A stretch of 33,534 bases of DNA from Promethearchaeota archaeon (GCA_004524535.1 SDNY01000030.1:1-33534); one strand, 5' to 3'; shown: positions 9,386 through 19,299, counted from the stretch's first letter. The notes: a model not told the origin generated them from the sequence alone. Translations and numbers: made by a program.

Positions 9386-9550
9386 TTATTTGGCTTCAGA
9401 TTCTTTTTCAAAATCCTTTTTTAATACTTCTATTAGATTATCAACAAATAAGTCGGTAGGACATTTACCATCTATGTGATGGGAGGACTCATTCTCATGC
9501 GAATGATGTTCGCAACCGCAATTATCCGCGTGGTTTTTTTTATCATTCAT
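9386..9550 (-). CDS. Small His/Cys-rich putative metal-binding protein (54 aa; below ORF-track cutoff)
   Basis: Hand translation MNDKKNHADNCGCEHHSHENESSHHIDGKCPTDLFVDNLIEVLKKDFEKESEAK*; more GC-rich than its flanks. Confidence 0.65.
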   Translation of the reverse strand: MNDKKNHADNCGCEHHSHENESSHHIDGKCPTDLFVDNLIEVLKKDFEKESEAK

Positions 9551-9702
9551 ATTTTCTTTTACTATTTTTCATGAATAATTAATAGATATAATATTTGAAG
9601 ATATAAGAATTAGATAGAAATCATTATTTTTATACCATCTAATATTAAATCATACTATATTATCCCTAAATAATTTAGAAAATAAAGGATGGTACATAAA
9701 AA

Positions 9703-10194
9703 ATGAATGAAAAAGATAATACTCACGATAGTCGAGAAATCCCACACTCGCATTTATTACAGACATTATTACCAATTATTTTTATTGTAATTTGGATTCT
9801 AGATTCTTGGATATTATTGCTCTCAGTCTGGTTAAATGAATTTGTCCCTTCAATACTCAGGCTAATCTTATTCATAACTGTATTGGGTTTGGCATTAATA
9901 ATATTGTTTTTATCACACAAAACTCTATTTGAACATAACGAACCTTCAGATACTCTTATAACTAGCGGAATACTGAGTCGTGTTAGAAATCCATTATATC
10001 TTGGTATTCTTCTAATTTACGTTGCAGTTCTCTTATTATCAATTTCTATAATTAGCATTATTTTGTTCATAATCATTCTCTTTGTTTATAATAAGATGGT
10101 TAATTATGAGGAAAAAAAACTTGAAAAAATGTTTGGCAATGAGTATTTAGAATACAAGAAAAAAGTACCAAAATGGATTCCTAAATTATTTTGA
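9703..10194 (+). CDS. Isoprenylcysteine carboxyl methyltransferase / PEMT-like membrane methyltransferase
   Basis: LITSGILSRVRNPLYLG and EEKKL..MFGNEY.EYKKKVPKWIP motifs; 4-5 TM segments. Confidence 0.88.
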   Translation: MNEKDNTHDSREIPHSHLLQTLLPIIFIVIWILDSWILLLSVWLNEFVPSILRLILFITVLGLALIILFLSHKTLFEHNEPSDTLITSGILSRVRNPLYLGILLIYVAVLLLSISIISIILFIIILFVYNKMVNYEEKKLEKMFGNEYLEYKKKVPKWIPKLF

Positions 10195-10243
10195 AACAGA
10201 AAATAGTTTTAATATGGTTTAATAAAAAAATCAGGAAAAAAAA

Positions 10244-11347
10244 ATGTCAGAAAAATTATGGTATAAAATTGCGAGAAGATTTATAAAAGCTGGTACTTTT
10301 CCGATGCCAGTAAATGACTCTGTTATTGAAATTTTAAAATTGGTTATCACTGAAGAACAAGCTAAATTTCTTCTTTTATTAAAAAAACCATCTTATAACA
10401 TCGATCAAATCAAAGAACTAACAGATTTGGATGATGAGACCTTAAACAAAATGATTAAAGATCTTAACCACAGCGGAGCACTCACAGCGATTCCAAGTAG
10501 AAGCACGGGTGTTATGGTTTATCGTATCCCGCCATTTTTCCCGGGGATGTTAGAATTCACTCTTATGCGTGGAGAGACAAATGACACAACTAAAAAAATC
10601 GCAAGCTTATGGCAAAAATTCTTCGATGAGATGGTTAAAGGAACTCAACATAATTACGATTTTATGATAAAAACTCTTAAAGATGCTGGTGTAACAATTG
10701 ATAGAGTTGTACCTGTTGAGGAAGAAATCGATATTAAACAAGAGAAAATTATCCCCACAGAGGAAGTTTCAAAGATTTTGGAAGAAACTGAAAAAATTGC
10801 TTTAATGACTTGTTATTGCCGACATCGTAAGGATCTGATTGGTGATCCGTGCAAAACTACTGATCTACGGAAAAATTGTTTTGCTTTTGGTAGGGGTGCT
10901 GAATATCTCATAAGAGAAAATTTTGCCGAAGAAATATCTAAAGAAGAAGCTTTAAAAATTATGAAAGAGAGTGAAGATGCGGGATTAGTACATAAAGCTT
11001 TTCATAATGCATTAGATCCTATGAGAGAAATCGAAGGCATGTGCCAATGTTGTAAGTGTTGTTGTGGTACCTTCGATAATCACTATGCTGGAGGTATTCC
11101 TTTAATGAGCAGGTCGACTCATTTAGCAAAAATTAGTGAAGATGATTGCATTGGATGCGGTACATGTGTGGAAAAATGTAATGCTGAAGCAATTGAATTA
11201 AATGATGATGATAAAGCAACGGTGGATGAGGATAGATGCATAGGATGCGGCGTTTGCGCGTATCTTTGTCCTCAAGAGGCCATAACATTAGAAAGAACTG
11301 ACCCTAGGAATGTCTTTGTGCCCCCACCGAAAATAAGTGAGAATTAA
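10244..11347 (+). CDS. Fe-S protein with N-terminal winged-HTH-like region, Cys-rich core and 2x[4Fe-4S] C-terminal domain
   Basis: CYCR..C..C, CQCCKCCC, CIGCGTCVEKC, CIGCGVCAYLCP. Confidence 0.88.
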   Translation: MSEKLWYKIARRFIKAGTFPMPVNDSVIEILKLVITEEQAKFLLLLKKPSYNIDQIKELTDLDDETLNKMIKDLNHSGALTAIPSRSTGVMVYRIPPFFPGMLEFTLMRGETNDTTKKIASLWQKFFDEMVKGTQHNYDFMIKTLKDAGVTIDRVVPVEEEIDIKQEKIIPTEEVSKILEETEKIALMTCYCRHRKDLIGDPCKTTDLRKNCFAFGRGAEYLIRENFAEEISKEEALKIMKESEDAGLVHKAFHNALDPMREIEGMCQCCKCCCGTFDNHYAGGIPLMSRSTHLAKISEDDCIGCGTCVEKCNAEAIELNDDDKATVDEDRCIGCGVCAYLCPQEAITLERTDPRNVFVPPPKISEN

Positions 11348-11411
11348 TATTAAAAATAATTATTCTATTTTCTAAATAAGAATTTAAAATTTAAAAGGAG
11401 AAAAAGAAAAA

Positions 11412-12308
11412 ATGAAATTATTACGAACACCCGACGAAAGATTTGAAAATCTCCCTGATTTTCCTTATAAACCCAATTATCTGGAAGTAGATAATATCAG
11501 AATTCACTATATAGATGAAGGACCAAAAGACGCCGAAGTTATTTTACTAATGCATGGTGAACCCTCTTGGTCTTTTTTATACAGATATATGATTCCCATT
11601 TTTGTGAAAGCCGGCTATAGAGTCCTTGCGCCAGATTTAGTAGGATTTGGTCGTTCGGATAAACCTACTGAACAAAGCGACCATACTTACCGTAAACAAG
11701 TAGAATGGATAACAAAATGGATGAAACTACTTGATCTTCAAAATATTACGTTATTTTGCCAAGATTGGGGATCTTTAATAGGATTAAGAGTTGCTATTGA
11801 AAATCAGGAACGATTTAAAAGAATTGTATTATCAAATGGAGGATTACCCACAGGTGCGCAAAGCATGTCCAAAGCTTTTTTACGATGGCGTGAATTTTCT
11901 AGGACGGCTCCTAAATTTGACATTAAACGTATAATCCAAGGTGGGACATTCAACAAATTGTCGAAAGATGTTTTAAGAGGATACGATGCTCCATTCCCTG
12001 ATGACACTTACAAAGCGGGGGCGCGAATCATGCCCTCTTTGGTCCCAATTAGTAAAGATGATCCAGAGTTCGAACCAAATACTAGCGCATGGGAACAATT
12101 CCAAAAATGGGAAAAACCATTTTTAACAGCATTTTCAGATAAAGATCCGATCACAGCAGGAGGATACATACCTTGGCAAAAACTTGTTCCAGGTGCTCAG
12201 GGACAACCCCACGCGACGATTAAAGACGCCTCCCATTTTGTACAAGAGGATAAAGGTCCTGAACTGGCTAATGTTATCATAGAATTTATGAAAAATAATC
12301 CAAAATAA
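11412..12308 (+). CDS. Haloalkane dehalogenase family alpha/beta hydrolase
   Basis: LRTPDERF N-terminus, HGEPSWS, PDLVGFGRSDKP, nucleophile QDWG, HFVQEDKG. Confidence 0.92.
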   Translation: MKLLRTPDERFENLPDFPYKPNYLEVDNIRIHYIDEGPKDAEVILLMHGEPSWSFLYRYMIPIFVKAGYRVLAPDLVGFGRSDKPTEQSDHTYRKQVEWITKWMKLLDLQNITLFCQDWGSLIGLRVAIENQERFKRIVLSNGGLPTGAQSMSKAFLRWREFSRTAPKFDIKRIIQGGTFNKLSKDVLRGYDAPFPDDTYKAGARIMPSLVPISKDDPEFEPNTSAWEQFQKWEKPFLTAFSDKDPITAGGYIPWQKLVPGAQGQPHATIKDASHFVQEDKGPELANVIIEFMKNNPK

Positions 12309-12318
12309 TTTCTATTAT

Positions 12319-12606
12319 TTAAGCCTCCCTAAGGATCCTTAAATTATTATCTTTTAGATACTTCACTAGCTCGTCTGTTTCTTTCTCTACTGCGTCCATA
12401 TCAAAAATAGATTTAACTTCTTGGTTAACCCAATTATCGTTGCTATTTTTCTCAAGCTTTATATTGGGTCTCTTAAAAATCCAATTTAATTTACAATCTT
12501 GGTTACAGAAGTAAGTAATAGATGGGTTTTGGCAAATATTAACATGTACAATTCTCCTTCTTTTCCAGGTGATCTCTGAACCACAATTATAACAATATAT
12601 AGCCAT
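12319..12606 (-). CDS. Small Zn/metal-binding protein (TRASH/YHS-like CxxC...FCxxxC)
   Basis: CYNCG...YFCNQDCK. ATG 12606 preferred over TTG 12630. Confidence 0.7.
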   Translation of the reverse strand: MAIYCYNCGSEITWKRRRIVHVNICQNPSITYFCNQDCKLNWIFKRPNIKLEKNSNDNWVNQEVKSIFDMDAVEKETDELVKYLKDNNLRILREA

Positions 12607-12934
12607 TCTATCACAATCCCTCAAAACCAAATATACTTATGTTTTTTGATTGGTTTTTTAATAGTAATTAATTGTTTATATCTACATTTTACAGTTAAGA
12701 TATAAAGATATTTATATATTTGTTTATTTCTCCTTTTTTTCCCCCTTTTCATTCTTTTATTAAAGCGTTTACTATCGATTTTTCATTAATGTTACGGAAT
12801 TAATCCACAATTATTTTTAATAAGATTTATAGCTTGATGTAATTTGTTCAAGAATATAATATTTAAGAAGAATTCAATAAATTTTTTGAACATAATAATT
12901 AATTTAATTTTGATATAAACCTTTCTTTTATTAT

Positions 12935-13894
12935 ATGTTGATTTATGAAAAACTAGTCGATGATATATTTCTTGTGTATTCAAATACTACATTTTGGTTT
13001 AAATGTCAAGGTATCTTAATTAAAAATAAGAATTTGGGAAGCATATTAATTGATTGCAATTGCTTTTATGAAAAGGAAATTAAAAAATTACTAAAAGATC
13101 CTGTAGAAGCATATTTTGTATCTCATGTACATCTAGATCATGTCTATAATTTGCATTATTATGAAGAATATAATCCTAAAATTAAGGTTTATTGTCCAAT
13201 TCCAGAAGATAAGTATTTAAAGGATTTTAATAACTTTATTAGAGATAATGGTACGCTCGATTATGGAATTGGAGACAATTTTAAGAAGTTTGCCTTTAAA
13301 GAATTAAATTTTAAAGAATTAAATTCTGTAATAGTTTTTAATCCTGGAACGGAATATGAATTTGATAGTATACATCTGAAAACAATACATACACCAGGAC
13401 ATTCACCTGGTCACACGGCCTTCTCAATAGAGGATAAACGTGAAAAAAAAAGAAAAATCTTATTCGTTGCTGATATTGGTCTAACAAAAATGGGAGCTTG
13501 GTATGGCTTTAAATATAGTGATTTAAAAACTGTAAGAGAATCCATTAAAAAAATAGAGGATATATATCTAAATGATGATTTTATCATTGCAAGCTCCCAC
13601 GGACCTGCCATTTTCGAAAAACAACCCGAAATCTTTAACGAACTTCTAATAAAAATGAATGAATATGATAAGAAAATTCTTAATATGTTTGATACTCACA
13701 CCCCTAAAGGATTAGATGATTTGATTTTTAAAGGGTTGTTTTTTAGTGAAAATTATATAAAATCCATTAAAGGGAACCATAAAAGTATAATATATTTTTT
13801 CGAAAATAATATGATTATGAGTCATATTCGTGAACTTGTAGAAAAAGAAAAAATTGTTGAAGTTGGCACTAATCAATGGATTATGAATAATTAA
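12935..13894 (+). CDS. Metallo-beta-lactamase fold hydrolase
   Basis: SHVHLDH, TPGHSPGH, VADI, SSHG. Confidence 0.92.
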   Translation: MLIYEKLVDDIFLVYSNTTFWFKCQGILIKNKNLGSILIDCNCFYEKEIKKLLKDPVEAYFVSHVHLDHVYNLHYYEEYNPKIKVYCPIPEDKYLKDFNNFIRDNGTLDYGIGDNFKKFAFKELNFKELNSVIVFNPGTEYEFDSIHLKTIHTPGHSPGHTAFSIEDKREKKRKILFVADIGLTKMGAWYGFKYSDLKTVRESIKKIEDIYLNDDFIIASSHGPAIFEKQPEIFNELLIKMNEYDKKILNMFDTHTPKGLDDLIFKGLFFSENYIKSIKGNHKSIIYFFENNMIMSHIRELVEKEKIVEVGTNQWIMNN

Positions 13895-14088
13895 TACTTA
13901 ATTTAATTTTGAAAGAGGATCATTATGAATCAATTAAATAATTTTATGAATTGGGATAATTTTCCTAATTTAACGCTTAAACGCGCTTTTTTTTTTAGCA
14001 ATTTTAATAAGTTGCTAATGCTATTAATTAATAGAGATTATTATAAATTTCAATTCAATTTTATAATTTAAGAAATTATTTGATTTAA

Positions 14089-14475
14089 ATGCATAATGAG
14101 GAAGTCAAACTATTATTTCAAAGATCCAATAATTTTTTAGAAACCGCTAAATTTAGACTTAATAAGAAAGATTGGGATCTTACATGTTTTTTAGCTGAAC
14201 AAGCTGCTCAGTTATATCTTAAAGCAACAATACTTGAATTAAGTGGTGAAATTCCAAAAATTCACTCATTAAGACAATTAATTGCAATACTCTCCCAACT
14301 AATTAATATTCAACTAAAATTTGAAAGAAAAGATTTATTATTCCTCGAAAATGCATATCTAAACTCAAGGTATTTTGATTTTTCTTATGAAGAAGAAGAT
14401 GCCAAAGAAGCAATTAAAATTGTAGAAGAGGTAATTAAAGAAATTGACACAGTTAGAGAAAATTTTAGAAATTAA
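14089..14475 (+). CDS. HEPN domain protein
   Basis: CFLAEQAAQLYLKA, PKIHSL..L, YLNSRY; overlaps the MNT gene. Confidence 0.9.
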   Translation: MHNEEVKLLFQRSNNFLETAKFRLNKKDWDLTCFLAEQAAQLYLKATILELSGEIPKIHSLRQLIAILSQLINIQLKFERKDLLFLENAYLNSRYFDFSYEEEDAKEAIKIVEEVIKEIDTVRENFRN

Positions 14476-14797
14476 AAAGAAAAGAGCTAATATTTTGAGA
14501 AATTTTCAAGATTATCTCAATATTATTGTAAAAAAATCTCATGAAGTTCTTAATAATCCAAAAATATATCTTTTTGGAAGTGCCCTCCAAAATAAATTAG
14601 TTGCTTCCAGCGATATCGATATTTTAATTGTTGCTGAAGTTCCTAAAAAACATTTATTAAGAACAAAATTGTTAGCCGAAATAGAAGAGAAATCTAAATT
14701 ACCATTATATCATCCTTTTGATATCCATTTAATTGATTTCTATGAATTGAAGAAATGGAAGAAAATCTATAAATTAAAATTAAAGAAGATCAATTAA
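14444..14797 (+). CDS. Minimal nucleotidyltransferase (MNT)
   Basis: YLFGS...SDIDILI, FDIH; paired with HEPN. Confidence 0.9.
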   Translation: MTQLEKILEIKKKRANILRNFQDYLNIIVKKSHEVLNNPKIYLFGSALQNKLVASSDIDILIVAEVPKKHLLRTKLLAEIEEKSKLPLYHPFDIHLIDFYELKKWKKIYKLKLKKIN

Positions 14798-14900
14798 AAT
14801 TATATACTGATCCTTAATTAGGAATAAGAACTCTTAAAAATATGATAAAAGCAAGGAAAATACCAAGAAAAAAAGAATAATAATTTAATTGAATCGAATT

Positions 14901-15281
14901 TTAATAATTCTCATCAAAGTCTCCAAGATCTTTAAATGTTCCAGCTGATCCAGGTTCCACATTAGAGGCTTCTATTAGTAGATTGGATGCGTGTTCCCAG
15001 AGATTTTTCATCGCAGTACTTATTGTTTCAAACTCCTCTTTATTTCGCATTTTTATAGTAATAATATTGGTGTTCTCATTAACGACAATATCCATCGAGA
15101 TCTCTTGTTTAACTCCACCAAACATTCTTATCATTTCTTTTACTTCATTAGGCTTCCCCAAATCTCCTGGAGCTATCTCTTTTTTTTTTATTTTCAATTC
15201 AATTAGTAATTGTTCTTTATCTTCTCTGATTTCTATTGTATCATTGAAAATATTACTCAATTTTGGAAATAATTCTTCCAT
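14901..15281 (-). CDS. Hypothetical acidic protein
   Basis: 126-aa ORF with normal composition, directly downstream of the CocE/NonD gene. Confidence 0.75.
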   Translation of the reverse strand: MEELFPKLSNIFNDTIEIREDKEQLLIELKIKKKEIAPGDLGKPNEVKEMIRMFGGVKQEISMDIVVNENTNIITIKMRNKEEFETISTAMKNLWEHASNLLIEASNVEPGSAGTFKDLGDFDENY

Positions 15282-15312
15282 TTAAATCATCTCTTCTTTT
15301 TAATTATTAATT

Positions 15313-17154
15313 TTATAATTTTTTCTCTCTACTTATAATTGGAATATCAATAAAAGACGGATATTTTTTATTCCGTTCAATAGTAATTATGGGTTTTCCT
15401 TTTGCAGGATACCGCTTAAACATATCTCTATCTGCACCTCCGATTGCGACGCGAATTCTATGACCCTTTTTAATTAAAACAGAGGTTGCATGTAACCCAA
15501 ATTTAATTTCTGAAACCTCATTTGGAACTAGTGGAAGAGCATCTTTTTTTAAAAATGAATGATAGGGGATAAGTGTTTTATAGGGGGGTTTCTCTGATGA
15601 TACTTTTCTATGGATTAGTCGCAAGTTCCCATCAGTAAAATAAGTTACATTGCCCTTTTCATCAATATCTTCTAAGTAGACAAATATTGCCCCATCTTCG
15701 TGTGTTGAAGAAAGATATAACGTAATTATTGGATTTCCGGTTATTTCTAAATCATTTTCTAAAGGAAGGCTCGTATACAAATATAATTTTTCATCGTCTT
15801 TTTTTCTATCAGTATATCTAATAGGTGTACCCGCCGGCCCCATCCAACGATTAAGAAAACCAGTGCCTGCTCTAAAATTGACCTTATAATCGTCAGCTCC
15901 TTCATTTGCTTCAGGTTCCTCTTTAGCTAACCTATTATTTTCTTGAAAATACCATCTCTGTAACGATTGACCTAAGGGAGGCCATATATCGGTCTTTTTC
16001 CACCTTTCTTCTCCCATGGTATAATAATAAAGAGTCTTACTCTTTAATCCGCCTCCTTTTAAACATCTATTAAAGAAACTTATCTCAGATTTAATACGTT
16101 CACGTGGAGAAGGAATTACTTCTGGTCTTGATGGATCATATGGATTCGCTGGAAGACGAGCGCCGTGATTCCAATCACCTATTATTGCTACTTGAGGATT
16201 ACTTAAATTTAAAAAACGTTCGATAACGACATCAGCAAAATTTGCATCTAACCAAGAAGCCCAGCTATAAATAGGGATATTTAGCTTTTGCAGGTTCTCT
16301 TGATATTTAAAAATGCTCCTTTCATCAAATGAACTCTCTGCAATCTCAATTCTAATATCTTCGTCGCGATAAGTTACTTCACTAATATTATCATAAACCG
16401 CCTCATTTTGTTTGTGTTCCTCTATAGCTTCTTTCAACTGAGAATAGTCTTTATCTGAATGGATATGCTTTACGCCCTTCATTAAAATCCAACGATGTGC
16501 TGCTAACATTTTCATTTGTTTCATAACATTTTGATCAAGCTGTTTTCCATAAAAAGACCATAATTGTATAAATGCTGTATTATAACAGCCACCCGGCAAA
16601 ATCATATCTACAAAGGGATCCCACCCACTATGCCCTGTCATTATACTTTTCACCTTCGGGTGATTATTCGTTGCTAACCATTCTGCTGTAAATCCTGTAT
16701 AAGAAATGCCATTAGAAACCACATTACCATCTGACCATGGTTGGCTGGTAATCCAATCAACAATATCAACCCCGTCCTTAACTTCCTCTTCAGAAAAAGG
16801 TCCTAACCTATAGCCATAGGAAGCTCCACACCCTCTTACATCAACAAATATAACTGCATATCCCCCGGCAGTAAATAACTCCGTTTTTGGATAATAATCC
16901 ACAATCTCATTCCATATCCATCTATAAGGTAACCGAAGATGATGAGCTCTATGATAGCGGGTCTGATAAAGTAATGCGGGTATTTTCTCTCCTGGTGATA
17001 AGCCTTTTGGTAAACAAATAGTCAAGGCAATTTTCACACCATCTCGCATTGGTATATAAGTAGAACTGACTGAATAATCTTCAAACCGCTGTTGAAAATA
17101 ATATTCATCTCTCTGCTCAAATGGATTTGCATCTTGATTTTGATTCTTTGTCAT
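15313..17154 (-). CDS. CocE/NonD family hydrolase
   Basis: IPMRDGVKIA, TRY, DVRGCGASYG, GISYTG nucleophile, GDWNHG, PepX-like C-terminal domain. Confidence 0.93.
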   Translation of the reverse strand: MTKNQNQDANPFEQRDEYYFQQRFEDYSVSSTYIPMRDGVKIALTICLPKGLSPGEKIPALLYQTRYHRAHHLRLPYRWIWNEIVDYYPKTELFTAGGYAVIFVDVRGCGASYGYRLGPFSEEEVKDGVDIVDWITSQPWSDGNVVSNGISYTGFTAEWLATNNHPKVKSIMTGHSGWDPFVDMILPGGCYNTAFIQLWSFYGKQLDQNVMKQMKMLAAHRWILMKGVKHIHSDKDYSQLKEAIEEHKQNEAVYDNISEVTYRDEDIRIEIAESSFDERSIFKYQENLQKLNIPIYSWASWLDANFADVVIERFLNLSNPQVAIIGDWNHGARLPANPYDPSRPEVIPSPRERIKSEISFFNRCLKGGGLKSKTLYYYTMGEERWKKTDIWPPLGQSLQRWYFQENNRLAKEEPEANEGADDYKVNFRAGTGFLNRWMGPAGTPIRYTDRKKDDEKLYLYTSLPLENDLEITGNPIITLYLSSTHEDGAIFVYLEDIDEKGNVTYFTDGNLRLIHRKVSSEKPPYKTLIPYHSFLKKDALPLVPNEVSEIKFGLHATSVLIKKGHRIRVAIGGADRDMFKRYPAKGKPIITIERNKKYPSFIDIPIISREKKL

Positions 17155-17284
17155 TTTATTCTGCTCAATTTATAAATGATGAATTAATTTAAGTATAATT
17201 TATCTCTTAATTGTTTTAAATAAAAGGTTTACTGACAAATATGAAAAATAAATTTTTAAAAAAAAGATTTTTACAGGAATATTA

Positions 17285-17953
17285 TTAAAGAAATTTATTT
17301 AGCTTCTTGTTTCGAGAGATATATCGTTTTTCTATACCGTTTCTCAATCCGGGTAATTCATAACATTTGTCAGGGATCATTTGCTTGAAATAGCGAGGAT
17401 TCTCTCGTTCAACAATATTTTGAGACTGGTAAAGTGTGTCGAATATTTCCTTTCCAGAAAATTGGATATCCTCAAAATATGGGATAATGGGGCGATTTTT
17501 ACTAATTTTTTCAACCGCCTCTTTAAGAGGTAATTTCAATTCTTGAATAGTCGCTTTTTCATTAATAATATCCGTTTTACGAGTATGTTCATTATACAAA
17601 CAGATGACACATTGCGGCCATCTTTTATGAAAATACTTCAAGACAAGATCAATTACACGATGTTTGAGTAAGACGACTCCGTATAATACGCCTCGATTAT
17701 TGATTTCTGTCCGCGTAAATTGTATCGCTCTATATACTTCAGTATTAACTTCTCGCATCATTCGGATCAATTTCTTAGCCATTGGAGAACCCGAATTGCG
17801 TAGGAGAACCTCTGGTAGCTTTTCAATTTGTTGTATTATATTTGGAGAAAATTTGCTATGGCGGGGAAGCTTACTGATCAATTCTCTTCGTGAAAATCCT
17901 TTAGCACGACCAATAACTTTTAATGGATCGAGACAATCTTTTTTCTTATTCAT
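17285..17953 (-). CDS. DUF4130-like probable DNA metabolism protein (TIGR03915-like)
   Basis: REV..EV.R...F.R, HRVI..V..YF..RWP, LYQSQNI.ERENP.YFKQMIP patterns; ATGA overlap with the radical SAM gene. Confidence 0.72.
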   Translation of the reverse strand: MNKKKDCLDPLKVIGRAKGFSRRELISKLPRHSKFSPNIIQQIEKLPEVLLRNSGSPMAKKLIRMMREVNTEVYRAIQFTRTEINNRGVLYGVVLLKHRVIDLVLKYFHKRWPQCVICLYNEHTRKTDIINEKATIQELKLPLKEAVEKISKNRPIIPYFEDIQFSGKEIFDTLYQSQNIVERENPRYFKQMIPDKCYELPGLRNGIEKRYISRNKKLNKFL

Positions 17954-19299
17954 ACAATGCCTCCTAGTTTCTTCTCTGGACTTTTATTTTCATCAAGATC
18001 GAAAAAAGTAGAAAGAGTTGTTTGATTTCGACCATTTATTATTAAGAAAGGATCAGCCCTTTTTAACACTACACCGACAGATTTTAGATCCTCTCGACTT
18101 TTAAACTTAATTTTTTGTGATTGCAAATTAATTATTCGTTTAGCAGAAATAGGACCAATTCCAGGCACTCTGATGAGTTCTTGGTAAGATGCGTGGTTAG
18201 GATCAACAAGGCCATGCTCTTTAAAATAATGCCTCGCAAAATGGATCTTTGGGTCTCCCGTGGGCAAATTGCCTTCCTCTGTTAAGACATCTTTTAAATC
18301 TCTTAATTTATAATGATAAATTCGCAATAGCCAATCGCTTTGATATAACCGATGTTCTCTTGCTAATGACTCTGCCTTTTTGTTTGCTAATGGTGTTCCT
18401 TTGATCGGAGTGAAAGAAGAAAAATAGGCGCGCCGCAAATCGACCGCTTTATATTGCCAATCGATTCTGTTAAGAAGATCCCAATCAGTTTCATTTTCAG
18501 CCGCACCTACTACAAATTGAGTGGTTTGACCGCTATTGAGAATTGGCGCTCCATCCCATCGAAATTTTTTATATCCATTCTCTCTTCGATCCTTAATCAT
18601 TTTTTCTTGGAATTCCAACTGATTATCTTGTTTCAAATCTTTCATGACTTTCAGGACTTCCTCATTATGTTTAAGTCGAATCTGCTTTAACCAACGTTGA
18701 CGTGTAATAATATCATTTTTAAAATCTTTCTGTTCCGCGATTTCAGAGAGATATCCTTTAGTAGAGGCTTCTGTATTAACTGAAATACGATCGGAAAGAG
18801 CTATCGCCTCTTTTAAAAGATGCTGACTTAACCCAGGTAAACATTTAAAATGAATATATCCCTGAAAATGATATTTATTTCGGAGCAATCTAACCGCTTC
18901 AAGCATCTCTTCGGTCGTTTGATCAGCACTACCACATACTCCCGAACTAATGAATATACCCTCCACCACATTCATCGAATAGAGTTTCATAAAGGTGCGT
19001 GCATACTCTTCGGGGGTAAAACTCACCTTTTGCTTACAATTATGAGAAAAACAATAGCTACAATTGTAGATACACTTATTAGTATAAAGCGTTTTAAAAA
19101 GACTCATGCAGCGCCCATCAGGCGTATAACTGTGGCATATCCCAGCACTAGCTGTAGCTCCAATCCAGTTTTTTGAATCTCCAAAAAGTGTTGGATATTT
19201 TTTCGTACGACTGGACGCAGTACTCGCACAAATATCATATTTTGAATTCCTTCCTAAGATCCGTATCTTTTCTAAAGTAGACGGCAATTTATTAATCAA
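17950..19299 (-). CDS. Putative DNA modification/repair radical SAM protein with helix-hairpin-helix (TIGR03916-like)
   Basis: KYDICAS, GICHSYTPDGRC.SLFK, CIYNCSYC, FQGYIHFK, GQTTQFVVGA, REHRLYQSDWLLRIY, HhH RVPGIGPISA. Confidence 0.92.
   Translation of the reverse strand: MINKLPSTLEKIRILGRNSKYDICASTASSRTKKYPTLFGDSKNWIGATASAGICHSYTPDGRCMSLFKTLYTNKCIYNCSYCFSHNCKQKVSFTPEEYARTFMKLYSMNVVEGIFISSGVCGSADQTTEEMLEAVRLLRNKYHFQGYIHFKCLPGLSQHLLKEAIALSDRISVNTEASTKGYLSEIAEQKDFKNDIITRQRWLKQIRLKHNEEVLKVMKDLKQDNQLEFQEKMIKDRRENGYKKFRWDGAPILNSGQTTQFVVGAAENETDWDLLNRIDWQYKAVDLRRAYFSSFTPIKGTPLANKKAESLAREHRLYQSDWLLRIYHYKLRDLKDVLTEEGNLPTGDPKIHFARHYFKEHGLVDPNHASYQELIRVPGIGPISAKRIINLQSQKIKFKSREDLKSVGVVLKRADPFLIINGRNQTTLSTFFDLDENKSPEKKLGGIV

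Noticed and set aside
9703-10194. ICMT-like enzyme as a modifier of the Rab-like GTPases
   Set aside because: The GTPases end in DQSMEV with no CAAX/CC motif, and the family is widespread in prokaryotes.
11356-11371. 16-bp matches between distant intergenic regions (11356/31075; 5043/19384)
   Set aside because: Low-complexity AT-rich words, plausibly chance.
12792-12983. 63-aa minus-strand ORF
   Set aside because: AT-rich promoter DNA overlapping the MBL gene start; no motif.
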